Part shown: one piece after another, positions 1-10,076 of the stretch
Numbering within the stretch: position 1 is the first letter of the stretch
How the letters are laid out: each line of letters begins with the position of its first letter
NCBI GenBank assembly: GCA_964606715.1
Contig: CAZSHT010000002.1
Coordinates: 1 to 34,858, forward strand
Reading direction: 5' to 3'
Length of the DNA stretch: 34,858 bases
Source: an uncultured Bacteroidales bacterium
GTDB lineage: Bacteria > Bacteroidota > Bacteroidia > Bacteroidales > JALTDM01
Made by a program: the position numbers and the translations under genes
The notes under the pieces: model-generated
The model's database searches: none
Told to the model about the DNA's origin: nothing
Seen by the model: only the letters and a program-made list of their open reading frames with translations

Positions 1-91
1 TAAATTCTTGTAATTTCTTATAATCCATAATATCGTTTGTGTTTTGATGTTTATTCTTTGTTGTTTTTGCAGAGTCTTTTTTTGTTGCCAT
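1..91 (-). CDS. 5' end of an unidentified ORF running off the left window edge (partial)
   Basis: ATG at 91..89 on the minus strand, 13 nt downstream of the plsX stop. Reads MATKKDSAKTTKNKHQNTNDIMDYKKLQEF with no stop before the edge. Too short to identify. Confidence 0.2.
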   Translation of the reverse strand, partial: MATKKDSAKTTKNKHQNTNDIMDYKKLQEF

Positions 92-104
92 ATTACTAAT
101 ATTT

Positions 105-1061
105 TCAGGCATTTTTAAATGTTTCTATTATCCGTTCGGTAAAATCGGAATTTACCACCTCTATGGCATGTAGAATTTGATTTTTTACCGCTTTTGCCGT
201 TGACACGCCATGCCCTATCAAGACATTGGGTTGCACACCTAAGACAGGTACAGCACCGTAATTTTCAAAATTGAAAACATCAAATGCTCGCACACTGTCG
301 TTCGTTGCTTTTTTTATAAGATAATAAAACGATTCGGCTTCTTTCAGTACGACATTGCCTGTAAATCCGTCGGCTAAGACAATATCAATCGTATCTTTTG
401 TATAAATGTCTTTCCCTTCAACATTTCCAATAAAATTAATATCTTCGTGTTGTTCCAATAACGGATAAGTGGCTTTTGCCAACAAATTACCTTTCGAGGG
501 TTCTGAACCTATATTCAATAAGCCAACCGTAGGATTTTTGATACCGTAGACCGATTCCATATAGATTTTTCCCATTAAAGCAAATTGTAGTAAATATTCC
601 GGTTTACAATCGGCATTTAATCCCACATCAAGCAATATTGCTTTTTTTCCGCTAAAACGAGGAACCGGTGAAGCAATACTAGGACGCAAAACACCTTCTA
701 CCGGCTTTGCCAATCCCATCAAAGCAGCCATCATCGCTCCCGTATTTCCGGAACTGATGAATGCATCGGTTTTGGTTTTCACCACTTCCAACATTCCTCG
801 CACAATAGACGAATCTTTTTTTGCCGAAACAGCTTTTATGGGACTTTCGCCCATTTCAATCACTTGAGAGGTAGGCACTACTTCTATATGAGTGGTGTCT
901 ATGGTTTGTTCACCAATGAATTTCGTTATCTCTTTTTCGTCGCCATACAAGACCAATGAAAAATCTTCATCAACTTTTGTATCACGCAAAAAAGCAACAA
1001 CGCCCTCAAGTATTGCATTGGGAGCATAATCGCCCCCCATTATATCAATACCTATTTTCAC
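105..1061 (-). CDS. plsX: Phosphate acyltransferase PlsX
   Basis: 318-aa ORF with N-terminus (M)KIGIDIMGGDYAP and overall PlsX-like sequence. The start codon is GTG (cac at 1059..1061). Classic yceD-rpmF-plsX synteny. Confidence 0.9.
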   Translation of the reverse strand: MKIGIDIMGGDYAPNAILEGVVAFLRDTKVDEDFSLVLYGDEKEITKFIGEQTIDTTHIEVVPTSQVIEMGESPIKAVSAKKDSSIVRGMLEVVKTKTDAFISSGNTGAMMAALMGLAKPVEGVLRPSIASPVPRFSGKKAILLDVGLNADCKPEYLLQFALMGKIYMESVYGIKNPTVGLLNIGSEPSKGNLLAKATYPLLEQHEDINFIGNVEGKDIYTKDTIDIVLADGFTGNVVLKEAESFYYLIKKATNDSVRAFDVFNFENYGAVPVLGVQPNVLIGHGVSTAKAVKNQILHAIEVVNSDFTERIIETFKNA

Positions 1062-1079
1062 TTGGTTAAGTTTTGGTTA

Positions 1080-1265
1080 CTAGTCTTCTTTCGAGATAAC
1101 CACCTTTCCCTTGTAATATAAGTTTCCTTCATGCCAGTGGGCACGGTGTCGCAAATGCACTTCTCCTGTTGTTGAATCCGTTGAAAGAGTAGGATTCTCA
1201 GCTTTATAATGCGTTCTTCTTTTATCTCTTCTTTGTTTCGAAATTTTGTGTTTTGGATGTGCCAT
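1080..1265 (-). CDS. rpmF: 50S ribosomal protein L32
   Basis: 61 aa, [22 protein letters not shown] is the canonical L32 N-terminus. Lies between yceD and plsX. Confidence 0.92.
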   Translation of the reverse strand: MAHPKHKISKQRRDKRRTHYKAENPTLSTDSTTGEVHLRHRAHWHEGNLYYKGKVVISKED

Positions 1266-1276
1266 AATTCACATTT

Positions 1277-1801
1277 TTATTTATTATACAATTCTCTTAA
1301 TTTATCCCATCGGGGATCGCTCTCTTTCGAATTATTATGTTCAAAGATATATAATTTTTCCAACATCTCACTGTTACACGATGGATTTCCGTTTTCATCG
1401 TCGGGATGCACCTTGCGAATGGGAACTTGCAAAACGATTGTTTCGTAAATCCATTTTGCCAAATTCACTTTCTCGGCATCTCGCGAAACGGATATCATAT
1501 GCTCGTCTATCTCCTCTTCTTTGTCTGCCAATTTCACATACATCATATCGACCACTTCTATCGGATGCCGAAATGAATCTAAACAACGGTCACACACCAA
1601 CTCCACTTGTCCTTTTATCTCAAATGAGAATGACAAAAGGTTGGGCTTTTTCTCCATTTCAACGGCTACACTCAAATGAGCATCACCCATTGAATTATCT
1701 TCAAACATTTGAAAGAACGATTCTCCCACTTCATACGAAAACTGATGAATCCCCTCTTTCTTCCCTACGAAATAAATGTCGTAATTCGTCATCAAATCCA
1801 T
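1277..1801 (-). CDS. yceD: YceD/DUF177 family protein (large-subunit rRNA accumulation protein)
   Basis: 174 aa, acidic, with the CDRCLD motif typical of DUF177. Sits immediately upstream of rpmF as in many bacteria. Confidence 0.8.
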   Translation of the reverse strand: MDLMTNYDIYFVGKKEGIHQFSYEVGESFFQMFEDNSMGDAHLSVAVEMEKKPNLLSFSFEIKGQVELVCDRCLDSFRHPIEVVDMMYVKLADKEEEIDEHMISVSRDAEKVNLAKWIYETIVLQVPIRKVHPDDENGNPSCNSEMLEKLYIFEHNNSKESDPRWDKLRELYNK

Positions 1802-1828
1802 ACTTCTTCTCTCTCAAAAAAATTCGTG

Positions 1829-1836
1829 CAAAGATA
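1829..1836 (-). promoter_or_regulatory. Candidate Bacteroidota -7 promoter box (TATCTTTG) for yceD-rpmF-plsX
   Basis: The plus strand reads caaagata, giving TATCTTTG on the minus strand. This matches TAnnTTTG and lies 27 nt upstream of the yceD ATG (1801). Confidence 0.45.
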
Positions 1837-1877
1837 CACCTTTTTTATTAAGAACAAATAGTGCGAATAAATAAAAA

Positions 1878-3500
1878 TCAAGAAATTCTCTTCTTTGCTG
1901 TATAAACCAACAACATTATCAAGATAAATAAGGATAAATAGGCTGCCATTTTGCCAAGATAATCGCCATAATGCACATAGAAAGTTTCCACAGCAACAGG
2001 ATACACCATTGCTTTTATGGCTGTTTCTCGCCACCATTTTGTTTTTTGTAATACTTCTCCTTGCGGACTGATAATACCCGAAATACCGGTATTGGCAGAA
2101 CGCACCAAATAACGCCTTGTTTCGACAGCTCGTAATTGTGAAAATGAAAAATGCTGTTTGTATCCGGGTGTATCACGCCACCAACCATCGTTGGTTATCA
2201 CCATCAAAAAATGTGCTCCGTTACGCACATACCCTGTCACAAAATCACCATAGATAGATTCGTAACAAATAATCGGTGCGACCTTCAAAGTATCATCATA
2301 AGTTGCAAATACCGTTCGTTCTTTTTGTGTTCCCAAACTGCTCATCGAGCCACCCAAATTTATCGCCAGCTTCCCCAATGGTTTAAAATAGTTTTGATAC
2401 GGAATTTCTTCCACACCAATTACCAATTTTGATTTGTGATAAATCTGTATCGAATCGCATAAACTTATTGCCAAAGCCGTATTAAACGAATCATAATATT
2501 GTTCGGAACCACGCATCAAACGGGAAGAAGTTGTTTTCATTCCTTTCGGATAAAGCCGATAAGTAGAAGCCCCTATTACAATCGTTACTTTTGGATGTTT
2601 TTTCGCAAATTGTTTCAATAATTCTATGATTTTGTAATCATCAATCGTATTTTCCCATATCGGTATCGGAATGGCAGTCTCAGGTCCCACCACATATAGC
2701 GTATTGGTATCGACCAACGAATCGGCTAAATTTAAAAACCGAATGATTTGATCTTCGGTAGTCATTCCACCAAATTTTTCATTATACGGATCAATATTGG
2801 GTTGCACCACTACCACTTCGACACCTCGATTACTCTTAGTGTATGCTTGTGCCGACCGATATAAATAAAACGACCACAACATTGGCAATAACCACAACAA
2901 ACTCAATGCTGTCAGACCTTGCCATCGTTTCAATTTGTGTTTTGAAAAACATTGATTTTTATAACAATAAAACAACAAAATATTACTCACCAACACCCAC
3001 AATGAACCACCCAAAATACCCGTATATTCATACCATTGAACCAAAATTACAGTATTGGCAAAACCATTACCCAGCGTCAACCAAGGCCATGAGATACGCC
3101 CATGCAGATAGATAAACTCAAACCCTATCCAAAAGGCTATCAAAGCGATATTGCCAGCAGAATTACCCAGTCGTCGTCGCACAATATGATAAAGCCAAAA
3201 GACAACTGCCAAAAAAGCTGAATTTAATATGATGGCTGCCACAGCACCGAAGTCTGTTGCAAAATAAATCCACCATGTTGTAAGCAAATTCCAAATGAAA
3301 AACGAAAAATAGCTGTGCCAGAATACTTGCACCGATTTATACTCCTTACGCCGTTCAAAGAAAAAATCATCAACTGCCAGCAACGGCACAAGGGCAAACA
3401 ACAAGACCCACCCCACATGCCATTGGAACCACGGCAACGCCAATAAGATTCCCGACAAAGACGATAAAAACAATCGTTGTGCTCTATTGTTTAAGGACAT
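1878..3500 (-). CDS. lnt: Apolipoprotein N-acyltransferase (Lnt), polytopic membrane N-terminus plus CN-hydrolase domain
   Basis: 540 aa with multiple hydrophobic helices in the first ~220 aa. A nitrilase-like domain follows, with VVVVQPNIDPYNEKF, HKSKLV and PIICYES (Cys nucleophile context). Confidence 0.85.
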   Translation of the reverse strand: MSLNNRAQRLFLSSLSGILLALPWFQWHVGWVLLFALVPLLAVDDFFFERRKEYKSVQVFWHSYFSFFIWNLLTTWWIYFATDFGAVAAIILNSAFLAVVFWLYHIVRRRLGNSAGNIALIAFWIGFEFIYLHGRISWPWLTLGNGFANTVILVQWYEYTGILGGSLWVLVSNILLFYCYKNQCFSKHKLKRWQGLTALSLLWLLPMLWSFYLYRSAQAYTKSNRGVEVVVVQPNIDPYNEKFGGMTTEDQIIRFLNLADSLVDTNTLYVVGPETAIPIPIWENTIDDYKIIELLKQFAKKHPKVTIVIGASTYRLYPKGMKTTSSRLMRGSEQYYDSFNTALAISLCDSIQIYHKSKLVIGVEEIPYQNYFKPLGKLAINLGGSMSSLGTQKERTVFATYDDTLKVAPIICYESIYGDFVTGYVRNGAHFLMVITNDGWWRDTPGYKQHFSFSQLRAVETRRYLVRSANTGISGIISPQGEVLQKTKWWRETAIKAMVYPVAVETFYVHYGDYLGKMAAYLSLFILIMLLVYTAKKRIS

Positions 3501-4722
3501 TCAACAATTCTGTTTTTAATGGTGTTATATATTTGAAATACGCTTCTCGTTCTGTGTTTTTTATAGGTTTTGTCGGAGGAGATTTTAGTTTCAACGGATT
3601 AATGGCTTGTCCGTTACGATATACTCTAAAATCCAAATGAGGTCCCGTAGCCAATCCCGTTTGTCCCACATATCCGATAAGTTCGCCTTGTGTAACATGC
3701 TTGCCAACTTTCAGCCCTTTGGCAAATCGCGAAAGATGCATATAGGTTGTTGTATAAACACTGTTGTGTTTTATTTTCACGAAATTTCCACCACCTCGAC
3801 CATAGCCTTTTTTAATAACCTTTCCATCACCAATAGAATGCACCGGCGTTCCGGTAGGTGCAGCATAGTCAACGCCATGATGCGGTCGGTAAATTTTCAA
3901 CACCGGATGATAACGATGATTGGAAAATCGTGAGCTGATACGCGAATAACGAAGCGGTGCTTTCAAAAATTGTTTTTGCAAGCTATTGCCTTTTTCGTCG
4001 AAATAAGTCCATGCACTATCTTGCTGATAATAAAACGCATAATACGAAACACCTTCGTGCAAGAATAAGGCATCAATAATTTTTCCGATTCCAAGATAAG
4101 TCGTATCGGCAAAAATGCGTTGGTATTTTACCACAAATTTATCGCCTTTTTGCAACCCGAAGAAGTCTATCGACCAAGCATATACCTCTGATAGCTCAAT
4201 GGCTATCTGCGGACTTATATTTGCCTCTACCGTTGCATTCCACAACGATGATTTTATTTCGCCTTTGGCTATAACAGTGTCCATGCGTTTTTGTATTTCA
4301 AAACGATTGACTCGCAATGAATCGCCAAAGAAAATTCGATAATAATCCAATGGGGTTATCTCATACACCAGTGCTTTCACTATTGAATCTTTTCGATAAA
4401 TCGTATACGCATGACCGACTTGTATTTTTCGCATATCAAAAACTGTGTCGGACAATGCAACCAATGAATCCAGCAATGAAGCCCGAATATTGTTTTGGCT
4501 AAAAATATCGGAAAAAGTTTCATTCTGCCTTACTTTTTTCACTTCTACCCGAAAACTGTCGATAGGAATACCATAAAGTAGTTGTGGCTGAGGTAAAACA
4601 GTATCGGGTTGTATTGCCGGCAATTCTTTTTTTTCTTTCGAAGAATTCGACGATTGACAAGCAACTAAAAACAATCCGAATATGACCGTAAAAAATATTG
4701 ATAATTTAATCTTTTTCTTCAT
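3484..4722 (-). CDS. M23 family metallopeptidase, predicted lipoprotein
   Basis: 412 aa. Lipobox in MKKKIKLSIFFTVIFGLFLVAC. M23 motifs HHGVDYAAPTGTPV and GPHLDF near the C-terminus. Its 3' end overlaps the lnt start by 17 nt. Confidence 0.85.
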   Translation of the reverse strand: MKKKIKLSIFFTVIFGLFLVACQSSNSSKEKKELPAIQPDTVLPQPQLLYGIPIDSFRVEVKKVRQNETFSDIFSQNNIRASLLDSLVALSDTVFDMRKIQVGHAYTIYRKDSIVKALVYEITPLDYYRIFFGDSLRVNRFEIQKRMDTVIAKGEIKSSLWNATVEANISPQIAIELSEVYAWSIDFFGLQKGDKFVVKYQRIFADTTYLGIGKIIDALFLHEGVSYYAFYYQQDSAWTYFDEKGNSLQKQFLKAPLRYSRISSRFSNHRYHPVLKIYRPHHGVDYAAPTGTPVHSIGDGKVIKKGYGRGGGNFVKIKHNSVYTTTYMHLSRFAKGLKVGKHVTQGELIGYVGQTGLATGPHLDFRVYRNGQAINPLKLKSPPTKPIKNTEREAYFKYITPLKTELLNVLKQ

Positions 4723-4750
4723 CTCATTTTTTTAGATACAGTAAAAGTAT

Positions 4751-4792
4751 AAAAAAAGAGGTTGTCTTTCGTTTCGACAACCTCTTTTTTTT
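4751..4792 (-). terminator. Rho-independent terminator downstream of maeB
   Basis: Perfect 10-bp stem agaggttgtc (4757..4766) / gacaacctct (4776..4785) with a 9-nt loop. Flanked by an A-run and a T-run, so the minus-strand transcript ends in hairpin plus U-tract. Confidence 0.75.
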
Positions 4793-4813
4793 CAAATTAT
4801 TTTTTTTGAGAAA

Positions 4814-7075
4814 TTATTTTGCATTGACAACGGCTATCGTTATCATATCAATAATTTCGTTAACCGAACTTTCTACTTGCAACACATGAATTGACTTATC
4901 GATACCCATCAATACCGGTCCTATGGCTTCCATAGCACCAAGCTCTTGCATCATTTTATAAGCAATATTTCCTGAATTCAAATCAGGGAATATCAAGGTG
5001 TTTACCTGTTTATTACCCAATTTTGAAAATGGATAGCGTTTTTGTCGCAATTGTTTATTGATGGCAAAATTGGCTTGCATTTCACCGTCCACAATTATAT
5101 CGGGGTGTTTTTCGTGTAAAATCCGTACGGCTTCGGCCACCATCTTCGAATCTACATGTCTGTTAGAACCAAAATTGGAATAAGACAACATAGCAATCAC
5201 CGGCTCTATTCCCATTTTTTTCACTTCCCGTGCTGTCAACAATGTGATATCCACCAATTTCTGAGCTGTCATTTCAACATTTACTGTTGTATCGGCAAAG
5301 AAATAACGCCCGTGTTTGGTATTCATTATATACATTCCGGCAATGGTATTCACATCTTTTTGTGTCCCTATTATTTCCAAAGCGGGTTTAATCGTATCGG
5401 CATACTTACTGGACACTCCTGCAATGAACGAATCGGCATCTCCTGCTTCCACCATCATCACGCCATAATAATTGGGGCTGTACATCAATTCAATAGCTTC
5501 TTCAAAAGTAACCCCTTTTCGTTGGCGTTTTTCACTTAGCAATTTTGCATATGCTTTTCGCTTTGCATTTTGTTTGCTTGATTTTTCGTCAACAATTGTT
5601 ATTTTTTTCAAGTCAATATTGAGTTTCTCAGCCAATTTCTTGATATTCTTCTCATCACCCAACAATATAGGTTTCACAATACCATCGTCCATCGCTATTT
5701 TAGCTGCTTTCAACACATTTTCGTGTTCGCCTTCGGCAAAAACAACTCTTTTGGGTTTCATTCTTGCTTTTGCAGACAAATCATCAATCAATTTATTATT
5801 GATGCCCAAGCGATCTTTCAGTTCTTCTTTGTATTTGTCCCAATCTTTTATCGGGCGTTTGGCAACACCACTATCTATAGCTGCTTTTGCCACAGCAGGT
5901 GCAACGGTATAAATCAATCGCAAATCGAGAGGTTTTGGAATGATATAATCTTTACCAAATTGAATATTTTTGGTATTGTAAGCTTTCATCACAATGTCGG
6001 GGACAGGTTCTTTTGCCAGTTTTGCCAATGCTTTGGCAGCGGCAATTTTCATTTCTTCATTGATGGTCGTAGCCCGTACATCTAAAGCTCCTCTGAAAAT
6101 AAACGGAAATCCTAAGACATTATTAATTTGATTCGGATAATCAGAACGCCCCGTAGCAAATATTAAATCATCACGAACACTTAAAGCTTCATCATAAGCA
6201 ATTTCAGGATCGGGATTTGCCATTGCAAAAACTATTGGGTTGGGTGCCATAGATGCCAACATTTCTTTTGTCAAAGCTCCTTTCACCGACAATCCTAAAA
6301 AGACATCAGCCCCTTTCATCGCATCTTTCAGGTCTTTCAATTCGGTGCGTTTTGTTGCAAAAGCTGCCTTATATTTATTCAAATCTTTACGAGCTGTCGT
6401 AATGGCTCCTTTCGTATCACACATCACCACATTTTCGCGTTTTACTCCCAATGAGATATACAAATTGGTACATGCAATAGCTGCCGCTCCTGCTCCGCTG
6501 ACAACCAGTTTTACATCTTTGGCTTTGCGTCCTGTCAATTCCAATGCATTTATCAATCCTGCTGCAGAGATAATGGCTGTTCCATGTTGATCGTCATGCA
6601 TCACGGGAATGTCTAATTCTTCTTTTACACGGCGTTCTATTTCAAAACATTCCGGTGCTTTAATATCTTCCAGATTAATTCCGCCAAAAGTAGGTGCAAT
6701 GCGTTTTACTGTTTCTACAAATTCATCGACATCTTCTGTATCGACCTCAATATCAAACACATCGACATCGCCAAATATTTTAAACAACAAACCTTTGCCT
6801 TCCATTACAGGCTTTCCCGACAAAGCTCCTATATTGCCCAATCCAAGAACAGCTGTTCCATTAGAAATAACGGCAACTAAATTACTTTTTGCAGTATATT
6901 TATAAGCTTCTTCAGGTTTTTTTTCTATTTCGAGACAAGGATGTGCCACACCCGGCGTGTATGCCAATCCTAAATCGCGTTGTGTTGAATATGGTTTGGT
7001 TGGGATAACCTCAACTTTGCCCGGACGACCGGATGAATGGTAATCCAATGCATCTTTTTTTGTTATTAATACCAT
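4814..7075 (-). CDS. maeB: NADP-dependent malic enzyme with C-terminal phosphotransacetylase-like domain
   Basis: 753 aa. N-terminal malic enzyme and NAD(P)-binding region (LAYTPGVA, VVSGAGAAAIA), followed by a ~330-aa PTA-like domain, as in MaeB. Confidence 0.9.
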   Translation of the reverse strand: MVLITKKDALDYHSSGRPGKVEVIPTKPYSTQRDLGLAYTPGVAHPCLEIEKKPEEAYKYTAKSNLVAVISNGTAVLGLGNIGALSGKPVMEGKGLLFKIFGDVDVFDIEVDTEDVDEFVETVKRIAPTFGGINLEDIKAPECFEIERRVKEELDIPVMHDDQHGTAIISAAGLINALELTGRKAKDVKLVVSGAGAAAIACTNLYISLGVKRENVVMCDTKGAITTARKDLNKYKAAFATKRTELKDLKDAMKGADVFLGLSVKGALTKEMLASMAPNPIVFAMANPDPEIAYDEALSVRDDLIFATGRSDYPNQINNVLGFPFIFRGALDVRATTINEEMKIAAAKALAKLAKEPVPDIVMKAYNTKNIQFGKDYIIPKPLDLRLIYTVAPAVAKAAIDSGVAKRPIKDWDKYKEELKDRLGINNKLIDDLSAKARMKPKRVVFAEGEHENVLKAAKIAMDDGIVKPILLGDEKNIKKLAEKLNIDLKKITIVDEKSSKQNAKRKAYAKLLSEKRQRKGVTFEEAIELMYSPNYYGVMMVEAGDADSFIAGVSSKYADTIKPALEIIGTQKDVNTIAGMYIMNTKHGRYFFADTTVNVEMTAQKLVDITLLTAREVKKMGIEPVIAMLSYSNFGSNRHVDSKMVAEAVRILHEKHPDIIVDGEMQANFAINKQLRQKRYPFSKLGNKQVNTLIFPDLNSGNIAYKMMQELGAMEAIGPVLMGIDKSIHVLQVESSVNEIIDMITIAVVNAK

Positions 7076-7158
7076 GATAATATATTTAAATTTGAGTTAA
7101 AAGTATTAAGAAAAAGAAACAGTGTTATTGTTTTAAATCATATTTTTGTCAACAATCT

Positions 7159-7166
7159 TATGTTTG
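7159..7166 (+). promoter_or_regulatory. Candidate -7 promoter box (TATGTTTG) for the TrmH-family gene
   Basis: Matches TAnnTTTG, 28 nt upstream of the ATG at 7195. A second match, TATTTTTG, lies at 7141..7148. Confidence 0.4.
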
Positions 7167-7194
7167 TAAACAAGAAAAATTTTAACTCTCTGAT

Positions 7195-7944
7195 ATGTTA
7201 AGCCTTACTACAATAAAAGAACTTAAAAAATTACGAAATAAAAAATACAGAACTGAATTTAACCGATTTATCGTAGAAGGCGAAAAAATGATTAATGAAC
7301 TGATCCTCAACAACATCAAAGCCGACAAAATCTTCACAACCATTCCTTCACTTTTTGACAAACTCTCGCCTATATTTCCTTTTATAGAACTTATTGGCGA
7401 ACGAGAAATGAAACAAATAAGTGTATTCGATTCTTTTTCGCCGATATTGGCTGTTGTCCCTTTTTCGGAAATCCCGTCATTCGATTCAAAACATTTACAA
7501 TTTCCTCTTTTAGCTCTTGATTTTATTCAAGATCCAGGAAATTTGGGAACTATTATCCGAACGGCTGATTGGTTTGGGTTTAAAGGTATTGTTTGTTCGG
7601 AAAATACGGTCGAACGCTTCAATCATAAAGTCGTGCAAGCATCTATGGGAGCCATATTCCGAATGCCGATGCTTTATACCAATTTAGCCGATTTTTTAAA
7701 AATCTCTCACCTACCTTCATATGGAACTTTCCTTAACGGTGAAAACCTCTATGATATGGCATTAAAAAAAGATGCCATATATGTCATTGGAAATGAAGCC
7801 AACGGCATCAGTCCTGAAATTGAAAAACTTGTTTCTAAACGCTTGACTATTCCTAATTTTTCCGTCAATAGCGTAAAAATGGAATCTCTCAATGCAGCCT
7901 TATCAACAGCGATAGTATGCTCGGAAGTTGCTCGCTCGTCTTAA
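7195..7944 (+). CDS. TrmH/SpoU family RNA 2'-O-methyltransferase
   Basis: 249 aa. SpoU-type motifs LDFIQDPGNLGTIIRTADWFG, IGNEANGIS and SLNAALSTAI. Confidence 0.8.
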   Translation: MLSLTTIKELKKLRNKKYRTEFNRFIVEGEKMINELILNNIKADKIFTTIPSLFDKLSPIFPFIELIGEREMKQISVFDSFSPILAVVPFSEIPSFDSKHLQFPLLALDFIQDPGNLGTIIRTADWFGFKGIVCSENTVERFNHKVVQASMGAIFRMPMLYTNLADFLKISHLPSYGTFLNGENLYDMALKKDAIYVIGNEANGISPEIEKLVSKRLTIPNFSVNSVKMESLNAALSTAIVCSEVARSS

Positions 7945-8573
7945 TGACTTGATAAGATAGCAGGAAACCGAAAACTAACTCCCAGTTGTACAAATGCTTT
8001 TGCCAAGCCTATCTCGGAATAAAAACCAAAATTAGGTGTTACCATATAACGCATTCCGAAAGTCATTTCAAAACCCAAATGAGTTAATAACGGCGGACAC
8101 ATTACCGGCATTGCCGAAATACTTTTCTTACCCAGCGAACAAGAAGCATCGCGATAGCCCACTCCAATACCCAAATAAGTATCGAAAACTGTAGATTTTA
8201 AAAAATGCCAATTCAATCGTGCCAAGATACTATAGGAATACCACGACATATCTTCGCCTTCATAGATAAGAGGATTTGCCGAAACGACAGAATCTTTGTT
8301 CAAATATCCGCCTTGTGCCGACACATAAGCAATTTGAAGGGCAAATGATACTTTATCGGAAAACGGTTCTTCGTATTTCAAGAAAAATGGTCCTACCGAA
8401 CTAAAATAAGGATTCGGCAAAGAATCATAAGCACTTTTTATCATTGCTTGTTCTACATTTCCAATACCACCGCCTACCGACAACATTGCTTTTCCTTCGG
8501 TAAACACTTGTGCTTTCACCAAGAAACTCAGCAACAATAATCCTATCAACAATATATATCGTTTGTTTTTCAT
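7941..8573 (-). CDS. Small outer-membrane beta-barrel protein (OmpW/OmpA-beta-barrel-like), last gene of the guaB-led operon
   Basis: 210 aa. Signal peptide MKNKRYILLIGLLLLSFLVKAQ, alternating hydrophobic/aromatic beta-strand pattern, Gly/Tyr rich. Its ATG overlaps the upstream stop as ATGA. Confidence 0.55.
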   Translation of the reverse strand: MKNKRYILLIGLLLLSFLVKAQVFTEGKAMLSVGGGIGNVEQAMIKSAYDSLPNPYFSSVGPFFLKYEEPFSDKVSFALQIAYVSAQGGYLNKDSVVSANPLIYEGEDMSWYSYSILARLNWHFLKSTVFDTYLGIGVGYRDASCSLGKKSISAMPVMCPPLLTHLGFEMTFGMRYMVTPNFGFYSEIGLAKAFVQLGVSFRFPAILSSH

Positions 8574-10075
8574 TGCCTAAAGATATCAAATTTATCAATT
8601 GGACGAAGTTTTATTTGATAACTGAATCCGGCTAAATAAGCTTGTTTAAACGGAAAAGTTTCCATTGAATAAAAGGTTCCGGAAGGTTTATTACGATAGA
8701 CTACTTTTTTGACCTTTCCATCATCAAAATAAAGTCTCATATTCTTACTTGCCACTTTATTTACACCTTTATATGTGTCTCCATCAAGCATATAATAAAT
8801 TGATTCCGAATGACTTGTCACATCAACCACTTCAATAGCATCATTTTTGAAATAAGCTACCATATCAATCCCTTTTATTTGATTAAATTTTCCGCTGTCT
8901 TGCCTGTCCACGATAAAACTTCCATCGTATAATTCCATCCGTTTCACCACACCACTATCGGAATATAACTTTATGAGCGGTGCCGAAATTTGTCGTTCTT
9001 CACTCCACAAAATCGGTGCTCCGTAAAGGATTGTCAAAGTATCGGATACCGACACCAACGAATCACATTTTCCCTGCATCGTAGATTTATAAAATCGCAC
9101 ATGATGATACGCCCTCAAGATGCGTTGTTGTGTCGTATCTTGTGAAAGTAATAATGAATCGGCATGTAAAAATAAGGAATCTTTTTGGTCGTCTATTTGA
9201 ACAAAAACAGCACTGTCGGTAGCAATACCTTGTTTCAATTTGCCTGAATAATAAATATGATTTCCTTTTATCATTATTTTTCGCACAGTATCATTCAAGA
9301 CTGTATTACGATAACCCCATCCTTCATCTTTTTTCATATCATAAAACAAGCTATCGCCTGTCAGAACAGCTTTTCGTCCTTCTATTCGACTCTGTTTTCC
9401 CAAATAAATATAATCGTTTGGAACCTCATACCAACCGGCAGAACAATAGCCTATGGCAGAGTCTGTTACAAATTTTGTGGGCGATACAAAATAAGCTTTA
9501 TTTTCGCCTGAATTATAAAATCCGGAATCGGTAAACATCGTAAATCGCGGATTGTGCATCACCACATTCTTTACGGGAATAAAATTCTGCGAAACCGAAT
9601 AATAATATCCATATTCACTTGTGAGCGTATCTTCGCCATGTTCCAAGCGTCCTGTCCCATAATATTTTGCCAAGTTCTCGTTACGATAATAATTAAGTGA
9701 ATCGGTATACAATATTGCCTTATTATGTATCAAACGAATGTGATGTCGTACATGCGATATGCGTTTATTGCCGTCATAATTTAAATAATCGGCATATAAA
9801 TCCAATGAATCTCCTTGCTTAATATGCACATTTGAAAAAGCTTCCATTGTATTTCTGTCAGAGAAAAACCAGGCACTGTCGCAAGTCATTATTTCATCTT
9901 CGTGCTTAAACTTCACATTTCCCAACAAGCGTTTGTATTCTTCTCCGGAAGGTAATTTTTGAAAAATCAATTCATCGGCATTCAATAATTCAATCATTCG
10001 TCTTTGTTGTGAAAACAAAGAAACAGAAATCAGACTCAATAAAAAAAACAGTATAAATTGTTTTTTTAATTTCAT
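8570..10075 (-). CDS. OstA-like (LptA/LptD N-terminal domain family) periplasmic protein
   Basis: The track ORF starts at TTG 10093. I prefer ATG 10075, which gives the signal peptide MKLKKQFILFFLLSLISVSLFSQ. Repeated OstA-type segments are present (LLGNVKFKHEDEIMTCDSAWFF and similar). Confidence 0.7.
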   Translation of the reverse strand: MKLKKQFILFFLLSLISVSLFSQQRRMIELLNADELIFQKLPSGEEYKRLLGNVKFKHEDEIMTCDSAWFFSDRNTMEAFSNVHIKQGDSLDLYADYLNYDGNKRISHVRHHIRLIHNKAILYTDSLNYYRNENLAKYYGTGRLEHGEDTLTSEYGYYYSVSQNFIPVKNVVMHNPRFTMFTDSGFYNSGENKAYFVSPTKFVTDSAIGYCSAGWYEVPNDYIYLGKQSRIEGRKAVLTGDSLFYDMKKDEGWGYRNTVLNDTVRKIMIKGNHIYYSGKLKQGIATDSAVFVQIDDQKDSLFLHADSLLLSQDTTQQRILRAYHHVRFYKSTMQGKCDSLVSVSDTLTILYGAPILWSEERQISAPLIKLYSDSGVVKRMELYDGSFIVDRQDSGKFNQIKGIDMVAYFKNDAIEVVDVTSHSESIYYMLDGDTYKGVNKVASKNMRLYFDDGKVKKVVYRNKPSGTFYSMETFPFKQAYLAGFSYQIKLRPIDKFDIFRQ

Positions 10076-10076
10076 T

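Noticed and set aside
1246-1851. A 201-aa plus-strand ORF covering the whole yceD gene and the rpmF 5' end in antisense. This is unusually long for an AT-rich genome.
   Set aside because: The translation is low-complexity (S/L/R/H-rich) with no recognisable motif. The minus strand encodes two well-conserved proteins in classic yceD-rpmF-plsX synteny. No promoter box precedes the ORF.
5156-6905. A series of 98-146-aa plus-strand ORFs antisense to maeB. Similar antisense ORFs lie inside the lnt, guaB, PpiC-type, hisS and sensor genes.
   Set aside because: They are typical shadow ORFs opposite a strongly conserved coding frame. Their translations are Phe/Ser/Ile-rich with no motifs.
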